Shown: positions 45,079-55,617, numbered from the stretch's first letter. The stretch is DNA of 64,000 bases from Rhodanobacteraceae bacterium (GCA_030123585.1 CP126120.1:1465254-1529253); one strand, 5' to 3'. The notes: generated from the letters alone by a model not told the origin. Translations and numbers: made by a program.

Positions 45079-48000
45079 ATGAGCTTCTCCAGCATCTTCA
45101 TCCGCCGGCCGATTGCGACTTCGCTGTTGATGGCGGCGGTGTTGCTGCTCGGCATCATCGGTTACCAGGCGCTGCCGGTTTCCGCGTTGCCCGAGATCGA
45201 GGCGCCCAGCCTGGTGGTGACCACGCAATACCCGGGCGCCAGCGCCAGCACCATCGCCACCTTGGTGACCACGCCGCTGGAGCAGCAACTCGGGCAGATC
45301 TCCGGCCTCACGATGATGAGTTCGAACAGCGCCGCCGGGCTGTCGACCATCACGCTGCAGTTCGCGATGGACACCAACCTCGACGTCGCCTCGCAGGACG
45401 TGCAGTCGGCGTTGCGCACTGCGCGCCTGCCGGGGAGCCTGCCCTACCCGCCGGTCTACAAGCGCGTGAATCCCGCCGATGCGCCGATCATCACGCTGGC
45501 GCTGACCTCGGACACCCTGCCGCTGCGCGACGTCAACGATTACGCCGATTCGATCCTCGCGCAGCGCCTCGCGCAGGTGCCGGGCGTGGGCCTGGTGTCG
45601 ATCGCCGGCAACGTGCGCCCCGCGGTGCGCGTGCAGGTCGATCCCGGCAAGCTCGCCAACCTCGGCCTGACCATGGAGGACGTGCGCAGTGCGCTCACGC
45701 AGGCCAACGTCAACGCCGCCAAGGGCTCGTTGAACGGTGCGGTGCAAACCTACGAGATCGGCACCAACGACCAGTTGCAGAACGCGACCGACTACGCCAA
45801 CACCATCATCAGCTACAAGAACGGCGCGCCGGTGAAACTGTCCGACGTCGCCAACGTGGTCGAGGGCGTCGAGAACGACCAGCTCGCCGCGTGGGCCGAC
45901 GGCAAGCCGGCGGTGCTGCTGGACATCCGCCGCCAGCCCGGCGCCAACATCATCAAGACGGTCGACCAGATCGAGCAGACGCTGCCGTCCCTGCGCGCGG
46001 TGCTGCCGGCCGGCATCCACCTGTCGGTGTTCGCCGACCGCACCGTCACCATCCGCGCTTCCGTGCACGACGTCGAGATGACGCTGCTGATCGCTGTGGC
46101 GCTGGTGGTGGCGGTGATCTTCGTGTTCCTGCGCCGGCTGTGGGCCACGCTGATCCCGGCCGTCGCGGTGCCGCTGTCGCTGATGGGCACCTTCGCGGTG
46201 ATGGCGTTCGCGGGGTTCTCGCTGGACAACCTGTCGCTGATGGCGCTGACGGTGGCGACGGGTTTCGTGGTGGACGACGCGATCGTGATGATCGAGAACA
46301 TCGTGCGCTACCTCGAACAGGGCAAGGAAGGCCGCGAGGCCGCCGAGATCGGTTCGCGCGAGATCGGGTTCACGGTGCTGTCGCTGACCGTGTCACTGAT
46401 CGCGGTGTTCCTGCCGCTGCTGCTGATGCCGGGCGTGACCGGACGGCTGTTCCACGAGTTCGCGTGGGTGCTGACCATCGCGGTCGCGATTTCGATGTTC
46501 GTGTCGCTGACGCTGACGCCGATGATGTGCGCCTACCTGCTGAAGCCGGGCGCGCTGCCGGAAGGCGACGAGGAAGCCCTGCACAACCGGCGCGGCTTCT
46601 ACGCGAAGATGCTGGGCTGGTACGAGCAGTCGCTGGATTGGGTGCTGGAACACCGCCGCACCACCATGCTGGTCGCGACGGTCTCGATCGCGGTGACCAT
46701 CCTGCTGTACGTCGCGATCCCGAAGGACCTGCTGCCCGAGCAGGACACCGGGCTGATCACCGGCGTGGTGCAGGCCGACAGCGACATCGCGTTCCCGGCG
46801 ATGGAGCAAAGCACCCGGGCGGTGACCGCGGCGCTGCGCAAGGATCCCGCGGTCGCTGGCGTCGCCGCCTTCATCGGCGCGGGCGCGATCAACCCGACCC
46901 TGAACCAGGGCCAGATCAGCATCGTGCTGAAGCCGCGCGGCCAGCGCGGCAGCCTCGATGCGGTCGTGGCCAGCCTGCAGAACGACGTCGCCGATATTCC
47001 CGGCGTGGAACTGTTCCTGAAGCCGGTGCAGGACATCACCCTCGACACCACCGTGGCGCCCACCGAATACCAGTACGCGATTTCGGAGATCAATCCCACC
47101 GACCTCGCGAAATACGCGAGCCGGATGGTGCAGGCGGTGAAGCAGTTGCCGGAACTCGCCGACGTGTCCGACAACCTCGCGATGAACGGGCGCGCGCTGA
47201 AACTGGACATCGACCGCACCGCGGCGAGCCGCCTGGGCGTGCCGGTGCAGACCATCGACGACACCTTGTACGATGCCTACGGCCAGCGCCAGATCTCGAC
47301 CATCTTCACCCAGCAGAACCAGTACCGCGTGGTGCTGGAAGTGGCGCCGCAATTCCGCAACCGAGCCGACCTGATGAACATGCTGAGGGTGCGTTCGAAC
47401 GGCGCCAGCGGGGCGCTGACCGGCAGCAACGCCACCAGCCTCGGCATGCTGAAATCGTCCAACTCCTCGACTTCGACCGGCATCGGGCAGTCCAACACCG
47501 GCATTCCGATCGGCGGCGGCAATACCGTGCCGCTTTCGACGCTGGCCACCGCGACGGTCACCGATGCGCCGCTGGTGATCGCGCACCAGAACCAGTTGCC
47601 GGCGGTGATCATCTCGTTCAACGTCGCGCCCGGTTATTCGCTGTCGCAGGCGGTGGACGCGATCAACCGCACCGAAGCCTCGCTGGACCTGCCGCCGCAG
47701 ATCCGCACCGGCTTCATCGGCAAGGCCGCGGAGTTCTCGTCCTCGCTCGGCAACGAGGCGCTGCTGCTGCTGGCCGCGATCATCGTGATCTACATCGTGC
47801 TGGGCGTGCTGTACGAAAGTTACATCCACCCGCTGACGATCCTGTCCACGCTGCCGCCGGCCGGCGTCGGCGCGCTGCTGGCGCTGATCGTGTTCGGGAT
47901 GCCGTTGTCGGTGGATGGCATCGTCGGCATCGTGCTGCTGATCGGCATCGTCAAGAAGAACGCGATCATGATGATCGACTTCGCGATCACCGCCCGGCGC

Positions 48001-48297
48001 ACCGGCATGAGTGCGCACGACGCGATCCACCGCGCCTGCCTGCTGCGTTTCCGGCCGATCATGATGACCACCTTCGCCGCGCTGTTCGGCGCGCTGCCGC
48101 TGGCGCTGGGCAACGGCATCGGCGCGGAACTGCGGCGTCCGCTGGGCGTCTCGATCGTGGGCGGCCTGCTGCTGTCGCAACTGGTGACGCTGTACACCAC
48201 GCCGGTGATCTACCTGTACATGGAACGCTTCCAGGACTGGTTGCGTGAACGGACGGAGCGGCGTCACGCCGAGCTGGCTTCCGAGAGCGGGAAGTGA
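45079..48297 (+). CDS. mdtB: RND multidrug efflux permease (MdtB-like)
   Basis: MSFSSIFIRRPIATSLLM. AcrB/MdtB family throughout. Start moved from 44974. Confidence 0.88.
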   Translation: MSFSSIFIRRPIATSLLMAAVLLLGIIGYQALPVSALPEIEAPSLVVTTQYPGASASTIATLVTTPLEQQLGQISGLTMMSSNSAAGLSTITLQFAMDTNLDVASQDVQSALRTARLPGSLPYPPVYKRVNPADAPIITLALTSDTLPLRDVNDYADSILAQRLAQVPGVGLVSIAGNVRPAVRVQVDPGKLANLGLTMEDVRSALTQANVNAAKGSLNGAVQTYEIGTNDQLQNATDYANTIISYKNGAPVKLSDVANVVEGVENDQLAAWADGKPAVLLDIRRQPGANIIKTVDQIEQTLPSLRAVLPAGIHLSVFADRTVTIRASVHDVEMTLLIAVALVVAVIFVFLRRLWATLIPAVAVPLSLMGTFAVMAFAGFSLDNLSLMALTVATGFVVDDAIVMIENIVRYLEQGKEGREAAEIGSREIGFTVLSLTVSLIAVFLPLLLMPGVTGRLFHEFAWVLTIAVAISMFVSLTLTPMMCAYLLKPGALPEGDEEALHNRRGFYAKMLGWYEQSLDWVLEHRRTTMLVATVSIAVTILLYVAIPKDLLPEQDTGLITGVVQADSDIAFPAMEQSTRAVTAALRKDPAVAGVAAFIGAGAINPTLNQGQISIVLKPRGQRGSLDAVVASLQNDVADIPGVELFLKPVQDITLDTTVAPTEYQYAISEINPTDLAKYASRMVQAVKQLPELADVSDNLAMNGRALKLDIDRTAASRLGVPVQTIDDTLYDAYGQRQISTIFTQQNQYRVVLEVAPQFRNRADLMNMLRVRSNGASGALTGSNATSLGMLKSSNSSTSTGIGQSNTGIPIGGGNTVPLSTLATATVTDAPLVIAHQNQLPAVIISFNVAPGYSLSQAVDAINRTEASLDLPPQIRTGFIGKAAEFSSSLGNEALLLLAAIIVIYIVLGVLYESYIHPLTILSTLPPAGVGALLALIVFGMPLSVDGIVGIVLLIGIVKKNAIMMIDFAITARRTGMSAHDAIHRACLLRFRPIMMTTFAALFGALPLALGNGIGAELRRPLGVSIVGGLLLSQLVTLYTTPVIYLYMERFQDWLRERTERRHAELASESGK

Positions 48298-48339
48298 GGC
48301 GTGCGCATGTTGCATTGCTTGAACAATGGCACATCTCTG

Positions 48340-48495
48340 ATCCCCTCTCCCTCCGGGCGGGCCGCCATCCATGGCACAAAAACTCCGTGGTGGCGCGCAG
48401 CGCCGGGTGAGGGTCCGGTTCCACGCACAGTCGAACAAAGCGCAAGACTCATACCCTCACCCCCAACCCCTCTCCCGGAGGGAGAGGGGAGCGAA
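48340..48495. repeat. Family E repeat, second copy
   Basis: CCCTCTCCCTCCGGG ... TGGCGCGCAGCGCCGGGTGAGGGTCCGG ... CCCCTCTCCCGGAGGGAGAGGGG. Lies between mdtB and mdtC. Confidence 0.75.
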
Positions 48496-48500
48496 GGCGC

Positions 48501-51500
48501 ATGAACATCTCCGCACCCTTCATCAAGCGCCCCATCGGCACATCCCTGCTGGCGGCGGGCGTGCTCGCGATCGGGGCGCTGTGCTACACCCTGCTCGGCA
48601 TCAGCGCACTGCCGCAGATCTCGTTCCCCGCGATCTGGGTGTCGACCAGCCAGCCCGGCGCCAGCGCCACCACCATGGCGGCGACGGTGGCCGCGCCGCT
48701 GGAACGGCACCTCGGCCAGATTCCCGGCATCGACATGATGAACTCGCGCAGCTCCAACGGCAGCGCGTTCGTGATCCTGTTCTTCGACGCCGGCGTCGAC
48801 ATCAACGCCGCCGCGCAGCAGGTCGATGCCGCGATCAATGCCGCGGTGCCCGACCTGCCCTCGGGCCTCGCGATGCCGCAATGGCACAAGGCCAATCCCA
48901 ACGACGATCCGGTGATCTCGCTGGCGCTGACTTCGGACACCCAGCCGATGTCCGATCTGTTCGACGCCGCCAATACCCTGCTTGCGCCGCGCCTCAGCCA
49001 GTTGCAGGGCGTGGCGTCGGTGGACGTTTCGGGCAGCGCGCAGCCGGGCGTGCGGGTGGACGTGGACCTGCACAAGCTGGATGCGCTGGGGCTTTCCACC
49101 AACGATGTCCGCAACGCGATCACCGCGGCCAACGTCACCTCGCCGCAGGGTTTCTTGAGCGACGGCAGGACCGAAACCGCGATCGTCGCCAACGACCAGC
49201 TGCACAGCGCGCAGCAGTTCGCCGACCTGGTCATCGCGACCCACAACGGCATCCCGGTGTACCTGCGCGATGTCGCCAACGTGTACGAGGGCGCCGAGGA
49301 CAAGTTCCAGGCCGCCTATTTCAACGGCAAGCGTTCGATCCAGCTGCAGGTGTTCAAGCGCCCCGACGCGAACGTGATCGAGACCGTGGACAGCGTCAAG
49401 GCCGAGCTGCCGGGCCTGCGCAACCTGCTGCCGCCGGGCACGCACCTGATCCCCTATTTCGACGGCACGCCCACCATCCGCGATTCGGTCAACGACGTGC
49501 AGATCACGCTGCTGATCAGCCTCTCGATGGTCATCCTGACGATGGCGGTGTTCCTGCGCCGGCTCGCGCCGACGCTGATCGCGTCCGCGGCGGTGCCGCT
49601 GTCGCTGTGCGGCGCCTTCATCGTGATGTACGCGATGGATTACACGCTGGACAACCTGTCGCTGCTGGCGCTGGTGATCGCGCTGACCTTCGTGGTGGAC
49701 GACGCGATCGTGGTGATCGAGAACATCATCCGCCACCTCGACGAAGGCAGGACGCGGCTCGAGGCCGCGCTGCTGGGCGCGAAGGAGATCGGCTTCACCA
49801 TCATCGCGATCACCGCGTCGCTGATCGCCGTGTTCACGCCGATCCTGTTCGCGCCGGGCATGCTGGGCGTGTTCTTCCGCGAATTCACGGTCACCCTGAT
49901 CGCGGCGATCTTCGTGTCGATGGTGGTGTCGTTGACCCTGACGCCGGCCCTGTGCGGGCGTTTCCTGCGCCACCGCGCATCGGACGAACGCGGACCGTCG
50001 CGGCTCTCGCGCATGCTCGACGCGTTCCACGCCGGCATGCTGAAGGCCTACACGGTCACGCTGGACTGGAGCCTGCACAGGCATCCCAGGCTGATCGCGT
50101 GGTCGCCGCTGCTGCTGCTGGGCCTGACGATCTTCCTGTTCACCAAGGTGTCCGGCACCAGCTTCCCGCCGCAGGACAGCGGGCTGATCTGGGGCCGCGC
50201 CAGCGGCAGCTCCACGATGTCGTTCACCGATCTCGAGGCGCGCACCCACACCATCATGCAGGTGCTGCGCTCGGATCCTGCGGTCGAATACGTGGGCGCA
50301 TCGATCGGCACCGGCCGGCGCGGCGCCAGCGGCTGGTTCAGCATCCAGTTGAAACCGCTGGGCGAAGGCCGCCACGAATCCACCCAGATGGTGGTCGCGC
50401 GGCTGTCGGCCAAGGTCGCGCAATACCCCGACCTGGACGTGCGCCTGCGCCCGCACGAAGACCTGCCTTCGGGTGGCGGGGGCACCAGCCAGGGCGGCCA
50501 GTACAGCGTGAGCCTGCAGGCCAACGACGCTGCGGAACTGGAGGAATGGCTGCCGAAGCTGCAGGCCGAATTGAAGAAGAACCCGATCTTCCGTGACGTC
50601 GGCACCGACCTCGACGAAGGCTCGCTGCTGCAGAACATGGTGGTCGATCGCGCCAAGGCCGCCAGTCTCGGCGTGTCGATGGCGGCGGTCGACGACGCGC
50701 TCTACAACGCCTTCGGGCAGCGCCAGATCTCGACCATCTATTCCGAAACCAACAACTACCAGGTGGTGCTGAGCGCGCTGCCCGCGCAGACGGCATCGCC
50801 GGCCGCGCTCAATTCGATCCGGGTGCTCTCGTCGAGCGGCCAGATGATTCCGATCAGCGCGATCGCGCACCAGGAATCCGGCGTCTCGCCCAGCCAGATC
50901 GAGCACACCAACCAGATGACCAGCATGTCGCTGTCGTTCAACCTCGCGCCCGGCGTGAGCATGAGCGACGCCACCCAGCAGATCCGCAAGACCATTTCCG
51001 ACATGCGCATGCCGGGCGACATCCGGCTCGGCTTCGGCGACTTCTTCCGGCGCTTCGAGCAGCAGCAGCAGGACATGCCGTGGCTGCTGCTGGGCGCGAT
51101 CGTCGCGGTCTACCTGGTGCTCGGGATGCTGTACGAGAACCTGGTGCACCCGATCACGATCCTGTCGACCCTGCCCGCCGCGGGGGTGGGCGCGCTGCTG
51201 GCGCTGCTGGTCACCAACACCCCGCTGTCGATCGTCGCGATCATGGCGCTGGTGCTCCTGATCGGCCTGGTGAAGAAGAACGCGATCATGATGATCGACT
51301 TCGCGCTGGTCGCCGAACGCGAGGGCCGCACGCCGATCGACGCGGTGCGCGAAGCCTGCCTGGTGCGCTTCCGGCCGATCATGATGACCACCATGGTCGC
51401 GATCCTGGCCTCGGTGCCGCTGGTGGTCGGCCTCGGCACGGGTGCGGAACTGCGCCGCCCGCTCGGCATCGCGATGCTGGGCGGCCTGATCTTCTCGCAA

Positions 51501-51614
51501 AGTCTCACCCTGCTCTCGACACCCGCGATCTACCTGGTGTTCGCCACCAAGGCGCGCCGCCGCCGCGAGCGCAGGGCCGAGCGCGCACGCCGCAGGCTGG
51601 CTGCGCAGAGCTGA
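48501..51614 (+). CDS. mdtC: RND multidrug efflux permease (MdtC-like)
   Basis: MNISAPFIKRPIGTSLL. AcrB/MdtC family. 1037 aa. Confidence 0.88.
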   Translation: MNISAPFIKRPIGTSLLAAGVLAIGALCYTLLGISALPQISFPAIWVSTSQPGASATTMAATVAAPLERHLGQIPGIDMMNSRSSNGSAFVILFFDAGVDINAAAQQVDAAINAAVPDLPSGLAMPQWHKANPNDDPVISLALTSDTQPMSDLFDAANTLLAPRLSQLQGVASVDVSGSAQPGVRVDVDLHKLDALGLSTNDVRNAITAANVTSPQGFLSDGRTETAIVANDQLHSAQQFADLVIATHNGIPVYLRDVANVYEGAEDKFQAAYFNGKRSIQLQVFKRPDANVIETVDSVKAELPGLRNLLPPGTHLIPYFDGTPTIRDSVNDVQITLLISLSMVILTMAVFLRRLAPTLIASAAVPLSLCGAFIVMYAMDYTLDNLSLLALVIALTFVVDDAIVVIENIIRHLDEGRTRLEAALLGAKEIGFTIIAITASLIAVFTPILFAPGMLGVFFREFTVTLIAAIFVSMVVSLTLTPALCGRFLRHRASDERGPSRLSRMLDAFHAGMLKAYTVTLDWSLHRHPRLIAWSPLLLLGLTIFLFTKVSGTSFPPQDSGLIWGRASGSSTMSFTDLEARTHTIMQVLRSDPAVEYVGASIGTGRRGASGWFSIQLKPLGEGRHESTQMVVARLSAKVAQYPDLDVRLRPHEDLPSGGGGTSQGGQYSVSLQANDAAELEEWLPKLQAELKKNPIFRDVGTDLDEGSLLQNMVVDRAKAASLGVSMAAVDDALYNAFGQRQISTIYSETNNYQVVLSALPAQTASPAALNSIRVLSSSGQMIPISAIAHQESGVSPSQIEHTNQMTSMSLSFNLAPGVSMSDATQQIRKTISDMRMPGDIRLGFGDFFRRFEQQQQDMPWLLLGAIVAVYLVLGMLYENLVHPITILSTLPAAGVGALLALLVTNTPLSIVAIMALVLLIGLVKKNAIMMIDFALVAEREGRTPIDAVREACLVRFRPIMMTTMVAILASVPLVVGLGTGAELRRPLGIAMLGGLIFSQSLTLLSTPAIYLVFATKARRRRERRAERARRRLAAQS

Positions 51615-51645
51615 CGCGGGACCGGGGACCGAAGAAAAAGCAAAC

Positions 51646-51739
51646 GTAGGTTGTGGTGACCCGTACTTTTTCGGGGAAGCCCAATACGAAGGATCTGTTG
51701 GGCTTCCCCCGGATCAAGTCCGGGGTCAGCCCAACCTAC
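51646..51739. repeat. Family C REP pair
   Basis: GTAGGTTGTGGTGACCC ... GGGGTCAGCCCAACCTAC. Confidence 0.8.
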
Positions 51740-51812
51740 GCGCTTCCTCCTGCCACATGGTTGAGCGCCGCTACAATCGGGCCTTCGTGAATCGCAGCAA
51801 GGTTCCGCGTGC

Positions 51813-52667
51813 ATGCCCGAGTCCCGAGCCCCGAGTCCCGAGTTCCGCACCCTCGCCTTCGTCGGCGGCGGCAACATGGCGCGCAGCCTGATCGGCGCGC
51901 AACTGGCGCGCGGGATTCCCGCCGCGTCGATCCGCGTGGCCGAACCGCGCGCCGAAGCGCGCGCAGCGCTGGCCCGCGAGTTCGGCGTCGCGGTGCATGC
52001 GGACAACGCCGACGCCGTGGCCGGCGCGGATTGCGTGGTACTGGCGGTGAAGCCCCAGGTGATGCGGCAGGTTTGCGAGAGTCTGGCCGAGCCCTTGCGC
52101 GGCGCGCGCGCGTTGGTGATCTCGATCGCCGCCGGCATCCGCATCGCGCAACTGGAACGTTTGCTGGGCGCGGATCACGCCATCGTCCGCTGCATGCCCA
52201 ACACGCCGGCACTGGTCGGCGCGGGTGCAAGCGGCTTGTGCGCCAATCGCCATGTCAGCGACGAACAGCGCGCCCTGGCCACGCGGCTCTTCGACGCGGC
52301 CGGGATCGTGCGCTGGATCGACGACGAAGCGCAGATGGACACCGTGACCGCGCTGTCCGGTTCCGGCCCGGCGTATTTCTTCCTGCTGGTCGAGGCGATG
52401 GAAGGCGCCGCCGCGAAACTCGGCCTGCCGCGCGACACCGCGCGCGCGCTGGCAGCGCAGACCTGCCTCGGCGCGGGGCACATGCTGGCCGACAGCGACG
52501 AAACCGCTGCGGAATTGCGTCGGCGCGTCACCTCGCCGCACGGCACCACCGCCGCGGCGCTCGACGTATTCGAGCAAGGCGGATTCGCGGCGCTGGTCGA
52601 ACGCGCGCTGACCGCGGCGGAACGCCGCGGCGCCGAGATGTCGGCCGAACTGGATCGCTCCCCATGA
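51813..52667 (+). CDS. proC: Pyrroline-5-carboxylate reductase
   Basis: LAFVGGGNMARSLI, AVKPQ, SPHGTT. The first 30 nt contain a 7-bp microsatellite. Confidence 0.9.
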   Translation: MPESRAPSPEFRTLAFVGGGNMARSLIGAQLARGIPAASIRVAEPRAEARAALAREFGVAVHADNADAVAGADCVVLAVKPQVMRQVCESLAEPLRGARALVISIAAGIRIAQLERLLGADHAIVRCMPNTPALVGAGASGLCANRHVSDEQRALATRLFDAAGIVRWIDDEAQMDTVTALSGSGPAYFFLLVEAMEGAAAKLGLPRDTARALAAQTCLGAGHMLADSDETAAELRRRVTSPHGTTAAALDVFEQGGFAALVERALTAAERRGAEMSAELDRSP

Positions 52668-53233
52668 GTTATCTCGCCAATGCCCTGTCGCTGCTGATCG
52701 AGTTCGCCTTCGGCTGCGCGGTCACGCTGTTCGTGTTCCGCCTGCTGGCCGAAGCGGTGCGCGCGGATTTCTACAACCCGATCTGCCAGTTCCTGTACCG
52801 CGCCACCAACCCGGTGCTGACGCCGATACGGCGCGTGATCCCGACCTGGCGGCGCATCAACCTCGCCGCACTGCTGATCGCGTGGCTGCTGGAAGTCATC
52901 AAGAACTTCCTGCTGCGCTTCACCGTGCCGGAGTTCTGGGCATCGAACCTCGGCACGCTGGTGCTGGGCGTGGCCGATCTCCTCAACTTCTTCATGTTCG
53001 CGTACCTGGTGATGATCTTCGTGTGGGCGTTGCTCAGCTACGTCAACGTCGATGCGCGCAACCCGCTGGTGCCGCTGCTGGGCAAGATCGTGGACCCCGT
53101 GCTGAAGCCGTTTCGCAAGGTGCTGCCGTTGATCGGCGGCTTCGACCTGTCGCCGGTGCTGGCGATCCTGGTGATCCTGCTGGTGCAGACGGTGGTGGTG
53201 GCGTGGCTGGTGGATCTCGGGCACACGATTTGA
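52664..53233 (+). CDS. yggT: YggT family membrane protein
   Basis: Two YggT repeats (NPICQFLYRATNPVLTPIRRVIP and NPLVPLLGKIVDPVLKPFRKVLP). ATGA overlap with proC. Confidence 0.88.
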   Translation: MSYLANALSLLIEFAFGCAVTLFVFRLLAEAVRADFYNPICQFLYRATNPVLTPIRRVIPTWRRINLAALLIAWLLEVIKNFLLRFTVPEFWASNLGTLVLGVADLLNFFMFAYLVMIFVWALLSYVNVDARNPLVPLLGKIVDPVLKPFRKVLPLIGGFDLSPVLAILVILLVQTVVVAWLVDLGHTI

Positions 53234-53264
53234 CGCTCGCCGCCGGGCGCCGATGCCGCGACAT

Positions 53265-53433
53265 CGCGTAGCGTGCGCTCCGCGCACGTGCCTTTGGAGC
53301 GGTTTCGCCGGCTTCGCCGGCCGAACCGATCGCCTGCACGCAGGCTCCTACGAAGCCTGGCTGTAGGAGCGAGCGTGCTCGCGACCCGTGCGAAACCATC
53401 ATTGAGGAACGTGCGCGGAGCGCACGCTACGCG
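53265..53433. repeat. Perfect 24-bp inverted repeat (CGCGTAGCGTGCGCTCCGCGCACG) separated by 121 bp that contain a family B-like hairpin
   Basis: Arms at 53265..53288 and 53410..53433, verified base by base. The right arm overlaps the last codons of the minus-strand CDS. Confidence 0.85.
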
Positions 53434-54221
53434 CGAGCCCAGCGCGAGATGATCGCGTGCAGCGCGTCCAGCCCGTCGGTGAGCGCCGCAGGTCCGGGCT
53501 GCAGGATGATCGGCGACTTGATCTCGTGCAACTCGCGGTCGCGCACCGCGGGAATCGCGTCCCAGCCCGGCCGCGTGGCCAATGCCCCGGGCTGGAACTT
53601 CTTGCCGCACCACGACGCCAGGATGATGTCGGGCGCGCGCCGCGCCACTTCCATCGGATCGGCGAGGATGCGGTTTTTCGCCAGCGATTCGTTCGCCAAT
53701 TCCGGGAACGCGTCCTCGCCGCCGGCGATGCGGATCAACTCCGCCACCCAGCGGATGCCGGTGATCGGCGGCTCGTCCCATTCCTCGAAATACACGCGCG
53801 GATGCCGCGGCAAGGCGGCGCCCTGCTCGCGCACGCGCTCGATGTGCGCCTCGAGTTCGCACGCGTAGGCGTCGGCCTTGTCCGCGACGCCGACCAGCGC
53901 GCCGAGCCGGCGCACATAGGCCACGATGCCTTCGACCGAGCGATGGTTGCTGATCCACACCTCGACACCGGCCTTGATCAGTTCGCGCGCGATATCGGCC
54001 TGGATGTCGGAAAAGCCGATCGCGAAGTCGGGCTCGAGCGCAAGAATCCGGTCGATCTTCGCGCTGGTGAACGCCGAGACCTTGGGTTTCTCTTTCCTCG
54101 CACGCGGCGGCCGCACGGTGAAGCCGGAGATGCCGACGATGCGATCCTGCTCGCCGAGCGCGTACAGGACTTCGGTCGGTTCTTCGGTCAGACAGACAAT
54201 TCGGCGGGGACCGGATATCAC
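53427..54221 (-). CDS. Periplasmic-binding-protein fold (BtuF/cobalamin-binding-like) protein without an evident signal peptide
   Basis: RIVCLTEEPTEVLYALGEQDRIVGISGF..., PDFAIGF. A GTG start at comp 54219..54221 immediately follows the pdxH stop. Confidence 0.65.
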   Translation of the reverse strand: MISGPRRIVCLTEEPTEVLYALGEQDRIVGISGFTVRPPRARKEKPKVSAFTSAKIDRILALEPDFAIGFSDIQADIARELIKAGVEVWISNHRSVEGIVAYVRRLGALVGVADKADAYACELEAHIERVREQGAALPRHPRVYFEEWDEPPITGIRWVAELIRIAGGEDAFPELANESLAKNRILADPMEVARRAPDIILASWCGKKFQPGALATRPGWDAIPAVRDRELHEIKSPIILQPGPAALTDGLDALHAIISRWARA

Positions 54222-54805
54222 GGATACAGCAGACGGTTGTGCCACGCACCCCCAAGCAACTCCCAGCGCTCGCGCTCGTTCCAGCGATGCACCCCGGCGT
54301 ACCAGAATTCGACCATGTCGGGCACCACGCGATAACCGCCCCACTCGGCCGGGCGCGGCACCTCACGCCCCTCGAACTCGTGTTCGAACTCGCCGACGCG
54401 TCGTTCCAGCGCGGCGCGCTCCGGCAAGGTGCGCGACTGCAACGAGGCCCATGCGCCGATCTGGCTCAAGCGTTCGCGCGTCGCGAAGTAGGCATCGGAC
54501 TCCGCTGCCGGCAACGTTTCCGCGCGGCCTTCGATCCGGACCTGGGCCGCCGGGTCCAGCCGCTTCCAGTGCAGGCACAATGCGACGCGCGGATTGGCGG
54601 CAAGCTGCGTGCCCTTGTCGCTGTCGTAACGGGTGAAGAAGGTGAGCCCGCGTTCGTCGATGGTCTTCAGCAACACCATGCGCGCGTGCACGCGGCCATC
54701 GTGATCGGCGGTAGCGACGGTCATCGCGTCGGGCTCGGGATCGCCGCTGGCGCACGCTGCGGCGTGCAGGCGCCGCAACGTTTCAAGAATCGTCGGGTTC
54801 AACAT
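54218..54805 (-). CDS. pdxH: Pyridoxamine 5'-phosphate oxidase
   Basis: RMVLLK, QVRIEGRAE, FWYAGVHRWNERERW..RLLYP C-terminus. Confidence 0.9.
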   Translation of the reverse strand: MLNPTILETLRRLHAAACASGDPEPDAMTVATADHDGRVHARMVLLKTIDERGLTFFTRYDSDKGTQLAANPRVALCLHWKRLDPAAQVRIEGRAETLPAAESDAYFATRERLSQIGAWASLQSRTLPERAALERRVGEFEHEFEGREVPRPAEWGGYRVVPDMVEFWYAGVHRWNERERWELLGGAWHNRLLYP

Positions 54806-54814
54806 CCGGCGATT

Positions 54815-55516
54815 TTAACCCTGTTCGATGCGATACCCGTGCTGATACACCGCCGTCAGGCGCCAGCCGTTCTCGCCGGACAAGCCGAGTTTCTTGCGCA
54901 GGCGGCTGATGTGGGTATCGACCGTGCGGGTGGTGACGTCGCCGGCGAGGTTCCAGACGTTTTCCAGCAGGGCATCGCGGCTGACGATGCGGCCCTGGCG
55001 CCGGAACAGGTAGCACGCCAGTTCGTACTCGCGCTGGGTCAATTCCACCGGATTGCCGTTGACGCTGATCTGGCGACGCTGCTGGTCGATGCGGTAGGGC
55101 GGAAGCTCCAGCGTCTCGGTGCCGTCGCTGTCTGCGCCGCCGCGGCGGCGCAGCACCGCCGCGACCCGCGCCAGCAGTTCGCCCTGCTTGGGCGGCTTGA
55201 CCACGTAGTCGTCGGCACCGGCGGCCAGCCCCTCGATGATGTCGGACTCCTCGCCGCTCGCGGTCAGGAAAATCACCGGCAGGCTGGCATTGGGCGAGTG
55301 GCGAATCCAGGTCAGCACCTCCAGCCCGGTGGCATCGGGCAGGCTGCGATCGAGCAGCACCAAGTCCACCGCCTCGTTGCCGAGCCGCCGTCGGAAATCA
55401 TTCGCGGTGCGGAACACCGCGCAGCCGTAGCCCGCGTGCTCAAGCCACAGACGCAACAGTTCAACCTGGTTCGGGTCATCCTCGACGCAACCTACGGTCC
55501 ACGTCACTGCACTCAT
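54815..55516 (-). CDS. OmpR-family response regulator (no cognate kinase adjacent)
   Basis: Receiver domain (DLVLLDRSLPD, VKP) plus winged helix (LTQREYELACYLF..., VDTHISRLRKKL). Confidence 0.88.
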   Translation of the reverse strand: MSAVTWTVGCVEDDPNQVELLRLWLEHAGYGCAVFRTANDFRRRLGNEAVDLVLLDRSLPDATGLEVLTWIRHSPNASLPVIFLTASGEESDIIEGLAAGADDYVVKPPKQGELLARVAAVLRRRGGADSDGTETLELPPYRIDQQRRQISVNGNPVELTQREYELACYLFRRQGRIVSRDALLENVWNLAGDVTTRTVDTHISRLRKKLGLSGENGWRLTAVYQHGYRIEQG

Positions 55517-55617
55517 GCTCGTCCTCGTTTCGCTGCCAACCGCATGACCCCCTCACGCTCATTGCCGTCTGCGCGAATCCCTGATCGGCCGTGCAGGCGT
55601 CGCTTCCGGCTTGCGCG

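Noticed and set aside
51809-53233. A 474-aa plus-strand ORF.
   Set aside because: Its first 285 codons are an alternative frame of proC. Only the last 189 aa (52664..53233) are the YggT protein.
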